This document shows, one piece after another, positions 47,553-57,712 of a stretch of 64,000 nt of DNA (positions are counted from its first letter, which is position 1; every line of letters starts with the position of its first letter). Under the pieces are notes generated by a model. That model worked only from the letters and a program-made list of their open reading frames with translations, was not told the DNA's origin and did no database searches. The position numbers and the translations under genes are program-made. This DNA is from an uncultured virus (IMG/VR IMGVR_UViG_3300021964_000019) (lineage: Duplodnaviria; Heunggongvirae; Uroviricota; Caudoviricetes): IMG/VR virus record IMGVR_UViG_3300021964_000019; one strand, 5' to 3'.

Positions 47553-48452
47553 ATGGCTGATATTACAATAACAAAAGATAATAAAGATTTAGTACAAGTA
47601 GCTGAAGAAGCTAGAGGTGTTACTATTTCTGAGGTTTTTAACACTAGTGATATGGCTAATGTTAAAAGTTTTGGCAACTTGACACTAGCAGAAAATGCAA
47701 AAAAAGTAGACATAGCTATAGCTAATGTTGCAGAGACTGAAAGAATTTGGAACAGATCTCATTCACAATGGACTTGGAGACATATTAACTTAAGTTATGC
47801 AGCTCCAATGAAAAATTTAAGACAAGTTAGTGCAGAAATGACTAGAAAAAGAGAAGCACTAGAAGAAGCAAAATGGAATTATTTAAAGAATGAGATTAAA
47901 CTAAAACAAAAAGAAGAGAGACTAGATAAAGAAAAAGATGTCTTAAAAAAGCAGTTGTTAGAGATAGATATTGCTCAACTAAAAAGCGGCATGGCTAATG
48001 GAATGAAATATGTTGAAGGTGCTATGAAAGATGTATTAACTTTATCTAATTTGTACGATGATTTAAAAGAAAATTATAAAGATTATACTGAACAAGACTT
48101 TGAAAAAGAAGAAGCAAGATCACACTTAAAAAGAAGCTTAGTTCAGTGTTTAAGAGATGTTAGACAAAGTGGAAGAATTACAAAAGGAGAGCAAGAGTAT
48201 CTAGAACAAATAGGAGTGAATCCTGGAAAAATACATTTAGATATGGCTGCTTTTTTAGAGTATGAACAAAAAATAGATGACTATACAATTAAGCCTATGT
48301 ATGAGTTTTTAGATGCAATGTGCGAAAAACTTCTTGATCAGTTAAAAGTAGACGAAGTAAGGATGAGTTTACAAGGCTTAAGAAATCACTATGATGAGGA
48401 TGCTCTGTTTCTTCCTAAAAACGATTTAGAGGAGAATTCAAATGATAGTTGA
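47553..48452 (+). CDS. Coiled-coil hypothetical protein
   Basis: Helical, K/E-rich 299-aa ORF. Confidence 0.7.
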   Translation: MADITITKDNKDLVQVAEEARGVTISEVFNTSDMANVKSFGNLTLAENAKKVDIAIANVAETERIWNRSHSQWTWRHINLSYAAPMKNLRQVSAEMTRKREALEEAKWNYLKNEIKLKQKEERLDKEKDVLKKQLLEIDIAQLKSGMANGMKYVEGAMKDVLTLSNLYDDLKENYKDYTEQDFEKEEARSHLKRSLVQCLRDVRQSGRITKGEQEYLEQIGVNPGKIHLDMAAFLEYEQKIDDYTIKPMYEFLDAMCEKLLDQLKVDEVRMSLQGLRNHYDEDALFLPKNDLEENSNDS

Positions 48453-48771
48453 ATATAAACTTCACAAAGTAAGAGCACGCTCAAATAATAAAAAAACCCC
48501 AATTTGGATTGATGATGGTGGTTACTGGTATAACTCAAATAATCATACCTATGTTGGATGTATTAGTGATAGTGCAGAACATTATATTCCTAGTACTTTA
48601 ACAGTATTTACAAAAGAAACTTTTAATACTAGAATATTAACTATGCACTCTGTTAATCCTTTTTCAACAGAGAGCGAAGATCCAGAAACAGATCCTGTAG
48701 TTATGACAGATGCAGAGGTTTCAACAATGGCTAATAATTGGTTTGATACAAAAACAACTGAGTGGTCATAA
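48442..48771 (+). CDS. Hypothetical protein
   Basis: GAGGAG SD. Confidence 0.7.
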   Translation: MIVEYKLHKVRARSNNKKTPIWIDDGGYWYNSNNHTYVGCISDSAEHYIPSTLTVFTKETFNTRILTMHSVNPFSTESEDPETDPVVMTDAEVSTMANNWFDTKTTEWS

Positions 48772-48801
48772 ATAAATTAGCGAGGGGGTTGGAGAATTCT
48801 T

Positions 48802-49101
48802 ATGGATACACAAAGAGAATTAGATCAGCTTCAAAACGATGTAGAGACATTGCACGAACGTAGCCAAAATACAAAACTCGAACTGTCCAAGCATGAAGCA
48901 ATTTGTGCTGAAAGATATGATAAAATCATGGAAAATTTTGAAAGACTTCAAGAGCAAATTCAGTATACTTTTGAAGAAGTACAAGATTTAAAAGTATTAG
49001 CTACTCAAGGTAAAACTAGTTTAAAAACTTTAATCTTTATCGGCATGTTTATCGGAGGTCTTGCTGGATTTATTTATACTATTTTAAATATGTATAGATA
49101 A
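48802..49101 (+). CDS. Coiled-coil plus C-terminal TM protein (XhlA/holin-like)
   Basis: HEAICAERY motif and a C-terminal hydrophobic helix. Confidence 0.55.
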   Translation: MDTQRELDQLQNDVETLHERSQNTKLELSKHEAICAERYDKIMENFERLQEQIQYTFEEVQDLKVLATQGKTSLKTLIFIGMFIGGLAGFIYTILNMYR

Positions 49102-50369
49102 TGAGTGATAAATTTTTTAAAATCAATTTAGAAAAACTTCTACATAGAATCCCTATGGTAAACCAGCTTGATTTAAAGCTGAATGAAAGCCAGTGGGGAA
49201 TGGTTGAAGGTTTAGAGAATAACCGATTTTGGGTACATATATCAGCACGTCGTACAGGAAAATCCTATGCCGCTGCCATTTTAGCCTTTGCTAAGCTTTT
49301 AGAACCTGGAACACAGGTAATGGTTGTTGCACCGAACTTTTCTTTGTCTTCAATTATTTGGGATTATACTACTCAAATAATTAGAGATTTAGCATTAGAA
49401 ACTGACAGATTTAATCAAAAAGATAAAGTCATTAGATTAATTAATGGAAGTACTTTTAGACTTCTATCTGCTAATAATAGAGATAGCTTAATTGGTAGAG
49501 CGGCTAATTTGTTAATAGTCGACGAAGCGGCAATTATTCCTAATGATGAGTATTTTACTAGAGATTTAAGACCTGCGCTATCTACCTTTCCTGATTCTCG
49601 TTGTTTGTGGATATCAACACCACGAGGAAAAGGTAATTATTTATATGAGTACTATATAAGAGGGCAAGATCCAGAATTTGAAGAGTGGGGAAGTGCTAGA
49701 TTTACTTGGAAATCAAACCCTTTACTAAATCAAAAAGATATCGAAGAAGCTCGTAAAAGTATGAGCCGAAACTTATTTGGTCAAGAGTATGAATGTGATT
49801 GGGTAACTCTAGAAGGTAAAATTTATAATATTGACGAAAATAAGCATTTAAGACAGATTGAAGAAATAAATCCGGGTGATTATAGATATGAGTTTATAGC
49901 AGGTCTTGATATTGGTTATAGAGACGAAACAGCTTTTGTTGTATTAGCTAAAAATAAAGATGATGAATACTTTGTTGTAGATGAATATGTAGCAAAAGAA
50001 GGAACTACTTCAGTACACGCAGAACACATAAAAGAAATTGCAGATAAATGGGATATTGATACAATTTATATTGATTCTGCAGCACAACAAACTAAAGCTG
50101 ATTTAGCATATGACTATGATATTTATTGTGAGAATGCTCAAAAAAGTGTAAATGACGGTATATTATCCGTTCAAAACTTAGTTGATAATGATAAGTTAAC
50201 TTTTGATATTGATAATGCTAGACATAGTTTTGATTCAATGGCTGCTTATAGATGGAATGAGAGAACGGAAAAACAAAAACCTTTACACGACTGGACTTCT
50301 CATTGTTGTGATGCTATAAGATATGCAATATATTCTAATATGAGAGGACAAGTTAGTATATATGCTTAA
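49101..50369 (+). CDS. terL: Terminase large subunit (T5-like)
   Basis: Walker A ARRTGKS, Walker B LIVDEAA, ISTPRG, nuclease GLDIG...HCCDAIRY. Confidence 0.95.
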   Translation: MSDKFFKINLEKLLHRIPMVNQLDLKLNESQWGMVEGLENNRFWVHISARRTGKSYAAAILAFAKLLEPGTQVMVVAPNFSLSSIIWDYTTQIIRDLALETDRFNQKDKVIRLINGSTFRLLSANNRDSLIGRAANLLIVDEAAIIPNDEYFTRDLRPALSTFPDSRCLWISTPRGKGNYLYEYYIRGQDPEFEEWGSARFTWKSNPLLNQKDIEEARKSMSRNLFGQEYECDWVTLEGKIYNIDENKHLRQIEEINPGDYRYEFIAGLDIGYRDETAFVVLAKNKDDEYFVVDEYVAKEGTTSVHAEHIKEIADKWDIDTIYIDSAAQQTKADLAYDYDIYCENAQKSVNDGILSVQNLVDNDKLTFDIDNARHSFDSMAAYRWNERTEKQKPLHDWTSHCCDAIRYAIYSNMRGQVSIYA

Positions 50370-50736
50370 AAGAATCCCTATAAAATATATACGAGATTAT
50401 ATCAAAAAAGAATATAAATATGATGAGTCTTGTTATATATGTGGATCAAAAGAGAAACTAGAATTACATCACATATATTCTATTTCTGAGCTCTTTCATC
50501 ACTGGTGTAAAGAAAATAAAATTGACAGAATAGATGATGTAGAGTACATTAAGAGTATAAGAATAAAATTTAAAGAAGATTATAAAGAGTACTTAAATAA
50601 TACTAATTTATACACTTTATGTAATTTTCACCACAGTCTTTTACATAATTTATATGGACAAGTTTATCCTATTTCTTTTGATAAGAAAATTATTAACTGG
50701 ATAAATATACAAAAAGAGAAACATAATGGGAATTAG
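50362..50736 (+). CDS. T5-like nicking HNH endonuclease
   Basis: KYIRD...CYICG...LELHH...TLCNFHH..LH; sits between terL and portal as in T5. Confidence 0.8.
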   Translation: MLKRIPIKYIRDYIKKEYKYDESCYICGSKEKLELHHIYSISELFHHWCKENKIDRIDDVEYIKSIRIKFKEDYKEYLNNTNLYTLCNFHHSLLHNLYGQVYPISFDKKIINWINIQKEKHNGN

Positions 50737-51973
50737 AGATTGGCTTGCTGACAGGCTTACTACAAGAGAAAAGCTTAACCCTGCTCAACCGTTTATTGCT
50801 TCAAGAGATCCTTACAATTTACCAGAGTCAATAGTTGATTTTGAATCAGCCTATAGACAGATAGAGATTGTTAATAGATCTATTGAAGTCATAATAAACG
50901 CGGCTACAAGCGTGCCTTTAATAGTAGACGGCGGTGCAGCTAAAAAAATTCACAAAATAATGAATGCTAAGCCTAATCCCTTTGAGGATAGAGCTCGTTT
51001 ATTCAGAAGGGCATTTTTAGATTTTTATCTTGACGGTAATGCATTTTTCTACTATGATAAAGAGAACGGTGGATTATATTTACTACCTGCAAACGATGTT
51101 GAAGTTGTTGCTGATTCAAAAACTTTTGTTAGTCACTACAATTACTTAATTCACAATACTAATACAGATTATTTTGGATTTTCAAGACAAACATCAAAAG
51201 CAGAAAGAATTACTTTTACTCCTGATGAAGTTATTCATATTAAATCAGACAATGAGGAAAGTATCTTTAGAGGAACCAGTAAATTAAGAAACTTAGAAAG
51301 ATTATTTGAATTATACTATCAAATGACAGAGTTTCAAAGAGTCTTTTTTAAGAATAACGCGGTTCCAGGACTTGTTCTTCAAACAGACAATGTTTTAAGT
51401 CCAAAAGTAAAAGAAAGATTATTAGAAGCTTGGAGAAGTAACTACTCTTCCTTATTTAAAGGAGCTAGAAGTCCTGCAATTTTAGATGGCGGGTTAAAAA
51501 TAGACAAGTTTTCTAATATTAGTTTTACTGAATTAGATTTTGAAAACTCTATCGAAAGAATTCAGCAAGACATAGCAAAATCTTTAGGAGTACCTTATGT
51601 TCTCCTAAAAAGCGGTAACAATGCTAATATTGCAGCAAACGAAATGTTATTTTATAATCACACAGTATTACCGCTTTTATCATTATTTTGTAGTGCTTTT
51701 TCCCACTATTTTAATGGTGGAGTAGTTATTAGGCCTGATAAAACAGCTATTTCTGCGCTACAACCTGATAATAAGACACAAGCCGTATACTATTCAACCC
51801 TTGTTAACACTGGTATTATAACAGTAAATGAAGCAAGATCTGGTTTAGGATTAGAGAGATTAGATGGCGAGGAAAACGATTCAATAAGAATTCCTCAAAA
51901 TATAACTGGAAGCGCTGTTGACCCTTCTTTAGGAGGTAGGCCTGAATCATTAGATTCTAGCGCTAACGAATAA
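50726..51973 (+). CDS. Portal protein (HK97/T5 pb7-like)
   Basis: EKLNPAQ, LDGNAF, EVIHIK, FFKNNAVPG, ITVNEAR, NITGSA. Confidence 0.92.
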   Translation: MGIRDWLADRLTTREKLNPAQPFIASRDPYNLPESIVDFESAYRQIEIVNRSIEVIINAATSVPLIVDGGAAKKIHKIMNAKPNPFEDRARLFRRAFLDFYLDGNAFFYYDKENGGLYLLPANDVEVVADSKTFVSHYNYLIHNTNTDYFGFSRQTSKAERITFTPDEVIHIKSDNEESIFRGTSKLRNLERLFELYYQMTEFQRVFFKNNAVPGLVLQTDNVLSPKVKERLLEAWRSNYSSLFKGARSPAILDGGLKIDKFSNISFTELDFENSIERIQQDIAKSLGVPYVLLKSGNNANIAANEMLFYNHTVLPLLSLFCSAFSHYFNGGVVIRPDKTAISALQPDNKTQAVYYSTLVNTGIITVNEARSGLGLERLDGEENDSIRIPQNITGSAVDPSLGGRPESLDSSANE

Positions 51974-51984
51974 AGGAAAAGAAA

Positions 51985-54723
51985 ATGGAAAAAACTTTTT
52001 ATTTAAATAGTAGTTTTGAAGCCAAGAAGTTAACAAAAACTTCTAGAGGATTAAAAATTGCTGGATACGCAAATACTACTGATAAAGACAGGGTCGGAGA
52101 TGTTGTTACTGCACAAGCGTGGGCTAAAGGAGTAGACAACTACAGAAAAAACCCTGTTTTATTATACCAACATAAACATGATCAGCCTATTGGAAAGGTA
52201 GAAAAAGTTACTGTTGATAAAAAAGGCATCTATGTAGAAGGTAATGTTAGTGATGCAGCTGAGAAATTACATGGAGTTCAAACTTTAATTAAAGATGGAG
52301 CTTTAAAGAGTTTTTCAGTAGGATTCAGAGTTAAAGATGGTAAATATGACCCTCACTCAGATTCTATGACTATTACCGATGTTGAATTATTAGAAATTAG
52401 TGTAGTCAGTGTACCCGCTAATCAAAATTCACTATTCAGCATTAGAAAAAGTTTTGAAGCAGACGATGAATATGATAACTTCGTCAAAAATTTCAAAGAA
52501 AGCGAGGAAGAAATGGAAACAGAAGATACCGTTTTAGAAGAGAAATCTGATGAAGCCATTTCTGAAACCGATGTTGAGGCTGTAGAAGAAATTACAGAGA
52601 CAATTGAAGTGGAAGAAAAAGCAACTGAAGAAACTTCTGAAGAAAGTGTCACTGAAGAAAAATCTGCAGAACCTGTTCTTGAAATGTCACAGGGCGAAGA
52701 AGAGGAAGAAGATTTTGAAGAGATTGACCCAATGGCGCCAATTCCTTTCGTAAATCTCTTATCTGCTGAGACTTCTAGTTTAGACACTGAAACCTTTGTA
52801 AAGTACGAAGGAAAAAGATTTAAAATTACTAAAATTGCTACTGCCGAATCACCAAACTTTAAATTTTTAGAAGTTGACGTTAATGGAAAAACAGTAGATA
52901 ATATAGTTACAGTTAAGGCTGAAGATATTGCTGTAGTGAATTCATGGGATATCGGTACTAAATACGATATTCATATGGTCAATACAGCTATTAGTACTTT
53001 AACTGATTCAGTCAGACAAGAAATTAAAACACACTACATGGAAACCAATACAGGTACTGAACAATCTTTATTTAACTTGAAAAGTGACGAGAGAGTTGTA
53101 AGTAGCTTTGATTTCCAAGAAAAACTAAACAAACTACTTAACCTAAAATCAAACGGAGACGATTGGTCTGATTCAGATTATGTCTTCGCAAATTACTTAA
53201 ATGTGATGGTAAACGAACTTTCTCAAATGAAAGAAAATGATCATAGAGATCTAGCCTTAAAACTACATGGGCATGAAATTAATACCGTAGAAAAGGAGAA
53301 TAACGACATGGCTACTCAAACTGCAGGTGATGTGCTAACTATTGACACAGGCGCAACCGAAAATAAACAAGCAGAAGCTAAAGCCGCCCCAGTAGAAGTC
53401 TCTGAGCCTAGAGTGGCTGAGTTAATCGAAAAAACTGGTCAGGCTATTTTAGCTGAAACAGATGCACAAGATAAACAAACTATCGTGCATGAAACACACT
53501 CAACCGCTTACACTCCTCGTGAGACCGAAGCTGTTGCTGAGTTAAAAGCTCAGATGGAAAAATATAGAGAAGAAATTGCTGCTCTTCAGAACAGCAAGAT
53601 GGTATGGCAGGAGTCTCAGCGTAACTCTGATCGTTGGAGTTCAGCTGATCAGGCAAAAGCTGTTATGCTTGCACACGCTCTTGGTAAGTCTAATCCAATG
53701 GACACCAAGTTTGGTGCTCGTATGAAAGCTGATGTCACAACTGTTGACCAGTTCCTTTCTAACTTCTCTTCAAATATTTATGAAGAGATGCAGCAGCAGT
53801 TAGTAATTGCTCCAATGTTTGAGCGTATTGCTGTTGATGCAAAAACCTTCAGAGTACCAGTTGCTGATGAAGATACCACTGACGACGTTGCACAGTTTGC
53901 TAACGGTACATATGCGTCTGGTATTGGAGACACAACTAACGTACCAACTTCTGGACGTAATAACCAGATCAAAGCTGTTGAGTTTACACCACACAAGTTT
54001 ATGGCTACAACTCATATTGCTAAAGATGAAGAAGAAGATACAATTCTTCCTGTTATCGACTTCCTCCGCGCTGGTGCAACTCGTCGTCTAGCACGTTCTA
54101 TCGATAAGTCGATCCTACGTGGTACTGGCGCTCTAACTGGATTTACAGCTAACTCTGTTGCTGCTATTTCTGGTGGTGCTGGATTCGCTTCTGTTATCAC
54201 AGGTGTTGTTGAGCTAGCTAACGCTGTTGGCGCTTCTGCACTTAACGTTCAAACTGGTGGTAACTCTACTAAAGCCTCTCCAGCTAACATTGCCTCTGCT
54301 CGTGCCCTACTTGGTAAGTACGGTCTACAGCTTGGTGATCAGCTAGTATACTTAACAACTGTTGAAGGTTATAACTCACTAGTAGCTGAGTCTGACTTCC
54401 GTACAGTTGATAAGTTCGGACCAAATGCGACCTACTTAACAGGTTCACTTGGCGCCATCTACGGAATTCCAGTTGTAATTACTGAATTCCTAGATAACGT
54501 TGGCGGTGCTGATTATGATATCGGCGCACTTGTCTACAAGCCTGGATTCATGATTGCTGAAAGACGCGGCATGGAAATCGAGAGCGAGTACGAACCACGC
54601 CAGCAGGTCACTGCGATGTACATGAGCACACGCTTTGACTTTAAAGCGCTAACCACGAACTCAAGTGCGGCTCTAGATGCTTCTAAGTATCCTTATGCAG
54701 CGGTTGTACGTTCTGGTTCCTAA
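51985..54723 (+). CDS. Prohead protease fused in frame to an acidic linker/extra domain and the major capsid protein
   Basis: IAGYAN..DR.GD, LLYQH, FSVGF, LEISVVSVPAN (HK97-type protease); C-terminal capsid domain. Confidence 0.9.
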   Translation: MEKTFYLNSSFEAKKLTKTSRGLKIAGYANTTDKDRVGDVVTAQAWAKGVDNYRKNPVLLYQHKHDQPIGKVEKVTVDKKGIYVEGNVSDAAEKLHGVQTLIKDGALKSFSVGFRVKDGKYDPHSDSMTITDVELLEISVVSVPANQNSLFSIRKSFEADDEYDNFVKNFKESEEEMETEDTVLEEKSDEAISETDVEAVEEITETIEVEEKATEETSEESVTEEKSAEPVLEMSQGEEEEEDFEEIDPMAPIPFVNLLSAETSSLDTETFVKYEGKRFKITKIATAESPNFKFLEVDVNGKTVDNIVTVKAEDIAVVNSWDIGTKYDIHMVNTAISTLTDSVRQEIKTHYMETNTGTEQSLFNLKSDERVVSSFDFQEKLNKLLNLKSNGDDWSDSDYVFANYLNVMVNELSQMKENDHRDLALKLHGHEINTVEKENNDMATQTAGDVLTIDTGATENKQAEAKAAPVEVSEPRVAELIEKTGQAILAETDAQDKQTIVHETHSTAYTPRETEAVAELKAQMEKYREEIAALQNSKMVWQESQRNSDRWSSADQAKAVMLAHALGKSNPMDTKFGARMKADVTTVDQFLSNFSSNIYEEMQQQLVIAPMFERIAVDAKTFRVPVADEDTTDDVAQFANGTYASGIGDTTNVPTSGRNNQIKAVEFTPHKFMATTHIAKDEEEDTILPVIDFLRAGATRRLARSIDKSILRGTGALTGFTANSVAAISGGAGFASVITGVVELANAVGASALNVQTGGNSTKASPANIASARALLGKYGLQLGDQLVYLTTVEGYNSLVAESDFRTVDKFGPNATYLTGSLGAIYGIPVVITEFLDNVGGADYDIGALVYKPGFMIAERRGMEIESEYEPRQQVTAMYMSTRFDFKALTTNSSAALDASKYPYAAVVRSGS
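53308..54723 (+). CDS. Major capsid protein from an internal start (471 aa)
   Basis: AAAGGAG SD 9 nt before an in-frame ATG (MATQTAG); IDKSILRG, GAIYGIPVV, RFDF. Confidence 0.75.
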   Translation: MATQTAGDVLTIDTGATENKQAEAKAAPVEVSEPRVAELIEKTGQAILAETDAQDKQTIVHETHSTAYTPRETEAVAELKAQMEKYREEIAALQNSKMVWQESQRNSDRWSSADQAKAVMLAHALGKSNPMDTKFGARMKADVTTVDQFLSNFSSNIYEEMQQQLVIAPMFERIAVDAKTFRVPVADEDTTDDVAQFANGTYASGIGDTTNVPTSGRNNQIKAVEFTPHKFMATTHIAKDEEEDTILPVIDFLRAGATRRLARSIDKSILRGTGALTGFTANSVAAISGGAGFASVITGVVELANAVGASALNVQTGGNSTKASPANIASARALLGKYGLQLGDQLVYLTTVEGYNSLVAESDFRTVDKFGPNATYLTGSLGAIYGIPVVITEFLDNVGGADYDIGALVYKPGFMIAERRGMEIESEYEPRQQVTAMYMSTRFDFKALTTNSSAALDASKYPYAAVVRSGS

Positions 54724-54764
54724 TAGTTTCGACTATTAAATCATTAACTAGGCGTTAATACAAC

Positions 54765-54797
54765 GGGGTAGGTGTAAAACAACGCCTACCCCTTTTT
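54765..54797 (+). terminator. Terminator after the capsid gene
   Basis: GGGGTAGGTGT/ACGCCTACCCC followed by TTTTT. Confidence 0.85.
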
Positions 54798-54811
54798 ACT
54801 AGGAGGAAAAA

Positions 54812-55030
54812 ATGGATCCAATTCAAAGATTATTATCAATTAGTGATTATCAAGAATTTCTTGAGCAAATGCTAACCTACACAGGAATTGATAAAGAAGA
54901 TATGAAAGCTAAGTGGAGAGCAAAACACAAAGCTCCAAAGCCCGCTGCTACTGTAACTAATAGAACAGTAAGCGCAACTACTAAAAAAGTTGTAACTGAG
55001 ACATCAAAAACTACTACTCTTGATGATTAA
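54812..55030 (+). CDS. Hypothetical protein
   Basis: AGGAGG SD. Confidence 0.7.
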   Translation: MDPIQRLLSISDYQEFLEQMLTYTGIDKEDMKAKWRAKHKAPKPAATVTNRTVSATTKKVVTETSKTTTLDD

Positions 55031-55041
55031 GGAGTATAATT

Positions 55042-56370
55042 ATGACACAATCAGTAACTGTGCCTTTTGTAACTTTAGGAGAGGTAAAAGAGTATCTTCA
55101 AATTAATAGTCCTACTTATGATACTAGATTAAGTAATCTAATTCATTATGCTTGTTCTGTTGTAGAAAGTTATATCGGCAGAGAAATAAAAAGTAATGTT
55201 TATACAGAAACTTTTGATGGAGGAGTTTCTCAGGTTTTTGTGTCTAGACTACCTATCAATAGCGTAAAATCAGTAACAGAATTTGACGGACAAAATCATA
55301 TGACACTATTTGGTCCAAGTAGTGACGGTTCGTTTGTATCTGATAATTTTGACTCTTCTACAGTTACAACTGTTGCTGGGGCGTCTCTAAACACTAGAAG
55401 AAAGAAGTTTGGAAAAAGTTCTTTACAGTTTAATGGTACTAGTGGAGCAATTTATGTAAACGATCCTGATTCTAATAATCAAAAGTTTGATTTTCAAACA
55501 GACGACTTTACTATCGAAGGATTTTTTAGATCTGAACTATTTAATAATACCAAAACTTTAATTAGTAGAGCCTCTAGTAATACTAATTATATGGAATTAA
55601 TATTTGATCCATATTTTGGTGCTAAATTTACAGCAAGAAGTGCAAACACTGAGGTTATGAATGTTTATCACACAACTGGTGTTGGTAATGTTAATTCTTA
55701 TTATCCTTCTAGAGCAAATACGTTTTTACATTATGCGGTTACTAGAGAAGATAATAGTTTAAAATTATTTGTAGAAGGTGCTTTAGTAGACACACAGACT
55801 ACAACTAACTCTGTTCCTTCATTCTCTTCTGGAACATCACTATTTGTAGGAAAACGTGATATTAGCGGTGAGGAAAACTATTTCAAAGGCTATGCTGATG
55901 AAATTAGAGTAACTATTGATGCTAAGTATACTAATACTTTTACTCCTCCTACTTATCAACACCCAACTGATGATAATACTGTAGTTTTACTACACTTAGA
56001 CGGTACTAATAACAGTTCTACTATAAAAGATGACTCTCGTGCTGATCCTCAATATATTTGGGATGGAGGCACTGGAGGTGTAAAAAGATATATAGGAGGT
56101 GTTAGAGGTACTCCTGATATTTCTGTGATTCCTAATATTATGTTTAAAGATTATCCATCTGGTATTAAGATTACTTATGATGGTGGTTATGCTATTATTC
56201 CAAGAGATATTAAAGTTGCTACTTTAGATTATATCAAAATTTTACATAAACAAACTCAGGAAAATGCAGGATTCTCTCTAAGTGGAGAATCAGGTAAGCA
56301 GCACTCATTAAGTGCTAACTTCCCTCCTCATATTCGTAGAGTTCTTGAAATGTACAGGATTGTAATGTAA
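55042..56370 (+). CDS. Head completion/head-tail connector with an inserted LamG/ConA-like domain
   Basis: VTLGEVKEYLQI...VESYIGR and FPPHIRRVLEMYR termini; FG.SSL.F, DFTIE, HYAVTR, GYADEIR insert. Confidence 0.8.
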   Translation: MTQSVTVPFVTLGEVKEYLQINSPTYDTRLSNLIHYACSVVESYIGREIKSNVYTETFDGGVSQVFVSRLPINSVKSVTEFDGQNHMTLFGPSSDGSFVSDNFDSSTVTTVAGASLNTRRKKFGKSSLQFNGTSGAIYVNDPDSNNQKFDFQTDDFTIEGFFRSELFNNTKTLISRASSNTNYMELIFDPYFGAKFTARSANTEVMNVYHTTGVGNVNSYYPSRANTFLHYAVTREDNSLKLFVEGALVDTQTTTNSVPSFSSGTSLFVGKRDISGEENYFKGYADEIRVTIDAKYTNTFTPPTYQHPTDDNTVVLLHLDGTNNSSTIKDDSRADPQYIWDGGTGGVKRYIGGVRGTPDISVIPNIMFKDYPSGIKITYDGGYAIIPRDIKVATLDYIKILHKQTQENAGFSLSGESGKQHSLSANFPPHIRRVLEMYRIVM

Positions 56371-57668
56371 TGGCAAAGCCTATTATAGCTTATCAAGTTA
56401 CAGTTACAGAACCAGAGTTATTAAATAATTATACAAATTTGTTTAAAGCTATGGGACAACTATCAGGTACTAAAAATGCTAGACAAGAAAAGTTATGGGG
56501 CGATAGAATTGAAGGAACTCTAGCAAAATATTATGGAGGCAGAGTTTCTGAACAAGCAGCAAAAAACGTAGCCGGTGTTCCTGATCTACAAATTGAAAGC
56601 CCAAGAATAGCTAGAGTTTTATCTAGAATTCTTGGAACTGACGAACAAGACATACTACAACCTGAAGTAAAAGCAAAAAGAGGTAGTAAGTATGGATCTA
56701 CTATCGGACAGGCAGCATATTCTGGTTTTAATAATAGTCTTTTAGATGCTATTAAATTGCAAGCAACTGAAGCTGAGCAAACAGGATTATTAAGACAAGA
56801 TAAAGATTTTGGTAAAGTAGGAAAACAATCTTTTGATGTAAATAACCCTGAAGAAGTATTAAAAGCAGCCAGAGCTAAAGTAGGAGGTCCAGGATTCTTT
56901 AACTTAATTAGAGATAATGATCCTGAACTACATATGCAGTTTTATAACAAGGCTAAAAACTTGCTTATCTCAAAAGCAAATATTGTAAAAGGTAAAGTCA
57001 CTTCTGTTAATGTAATAAATATATTTTTTCCAAAAACTGCTTTTACTTCTCCTCCTTTTGTTACTGAATTAAAAAAGAATAATATTCAATATAACTTATC
57101 TTCAACTTTTGAAAAAAACTTAATTAACCAATTAACAGAATCAGGAGCAGCTGTTACAGCATCTAGTTTAGAAGAGTTTCAAAAGGTTATAGAAAAAATA
57201 GATGGTAAAAGAAAAACTTCTACTCAGACATTTAAAAACGCTCCATCACTTGATTTTGAAATATTGTTTGGAGTTCCTACTGGTGGTAGTATTCCAAGAG
57301 TATCAGGTAAAATTAAAAGAGGAAACGTAAAAAGAAGAGAATCAGTAAAAGACACTGGTAGATTTATTTCTTCAATTCAACTAACTACTATTTTGAGAAA
57401 CAAAATTGAAGGCAAAATGCCTAGAATAGGTGATCCTAACCCTACTGAGGGATTAAAATATAGAACTGGTAAGTTTGTTAATTCTTTACAATTTATAGTT
57501 GATTATAAGAAAAGTTTAATATCTTATTATGCTGATCCCCCCGTATCTCAATATTTTGATAAATTTCATTCCCGTCCTTATGCTGTCGGACAAAGACTAA
57601 TCAGACCAACGATTAGGCAAACTGCTCAAGAATTGTTCGGCAGACAGTTTAGAATTATTAGGACTTAA
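56370..57668 (+). CDS. Tail completion protein (T5 p143-like) with an N-terminal extension
   Basis: C-terminal LKYRTGKFVNS...RLIRPTIRQ; synteny. Confidence 0.7.
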   Translation: MAKPIIAYQVTVTEPELLNNYTNLFKAMGQLSGTKNARQEKLWGDRIEGTLAKYYGGRVSEQAAKNVAGVPDLQIESPRIARVLSRILGTDEQDILQPEVKAKRGSKYGSTIGQAAYSGFNNSLLDAIKLQATEAEQTGLLRQDKDFGKVGKQSFDVNNPEEVLKAARAKVGGPGFFNLIRDNDPELHMQFYNKAKNLLISKANIVKGKVTSVNVINIFFPKTAFTSPPFVTELKKNNIQYNLSSTFEKNLINQLTESGAAVTASSLEEFQKVIEKIDGKRKTSTQTFKNAPSLDFEILFGVPTGGSIPRVSGKIKRGNVKRRESVKDTGRFISSIQLTTILRNKIEGKMPRIGDPNPTEGLKYRTGKFVNSLQFIVDYKKSLISYYADPPVSQYFDKFHSRPYAVGQRLIRPTIRQTAQELFGRQFRIIRT

Positions 57669-57712
57669 AAAAATTTAGTTTGCCAGAACCAATTACAGGT
57701 GCTATACTTATA

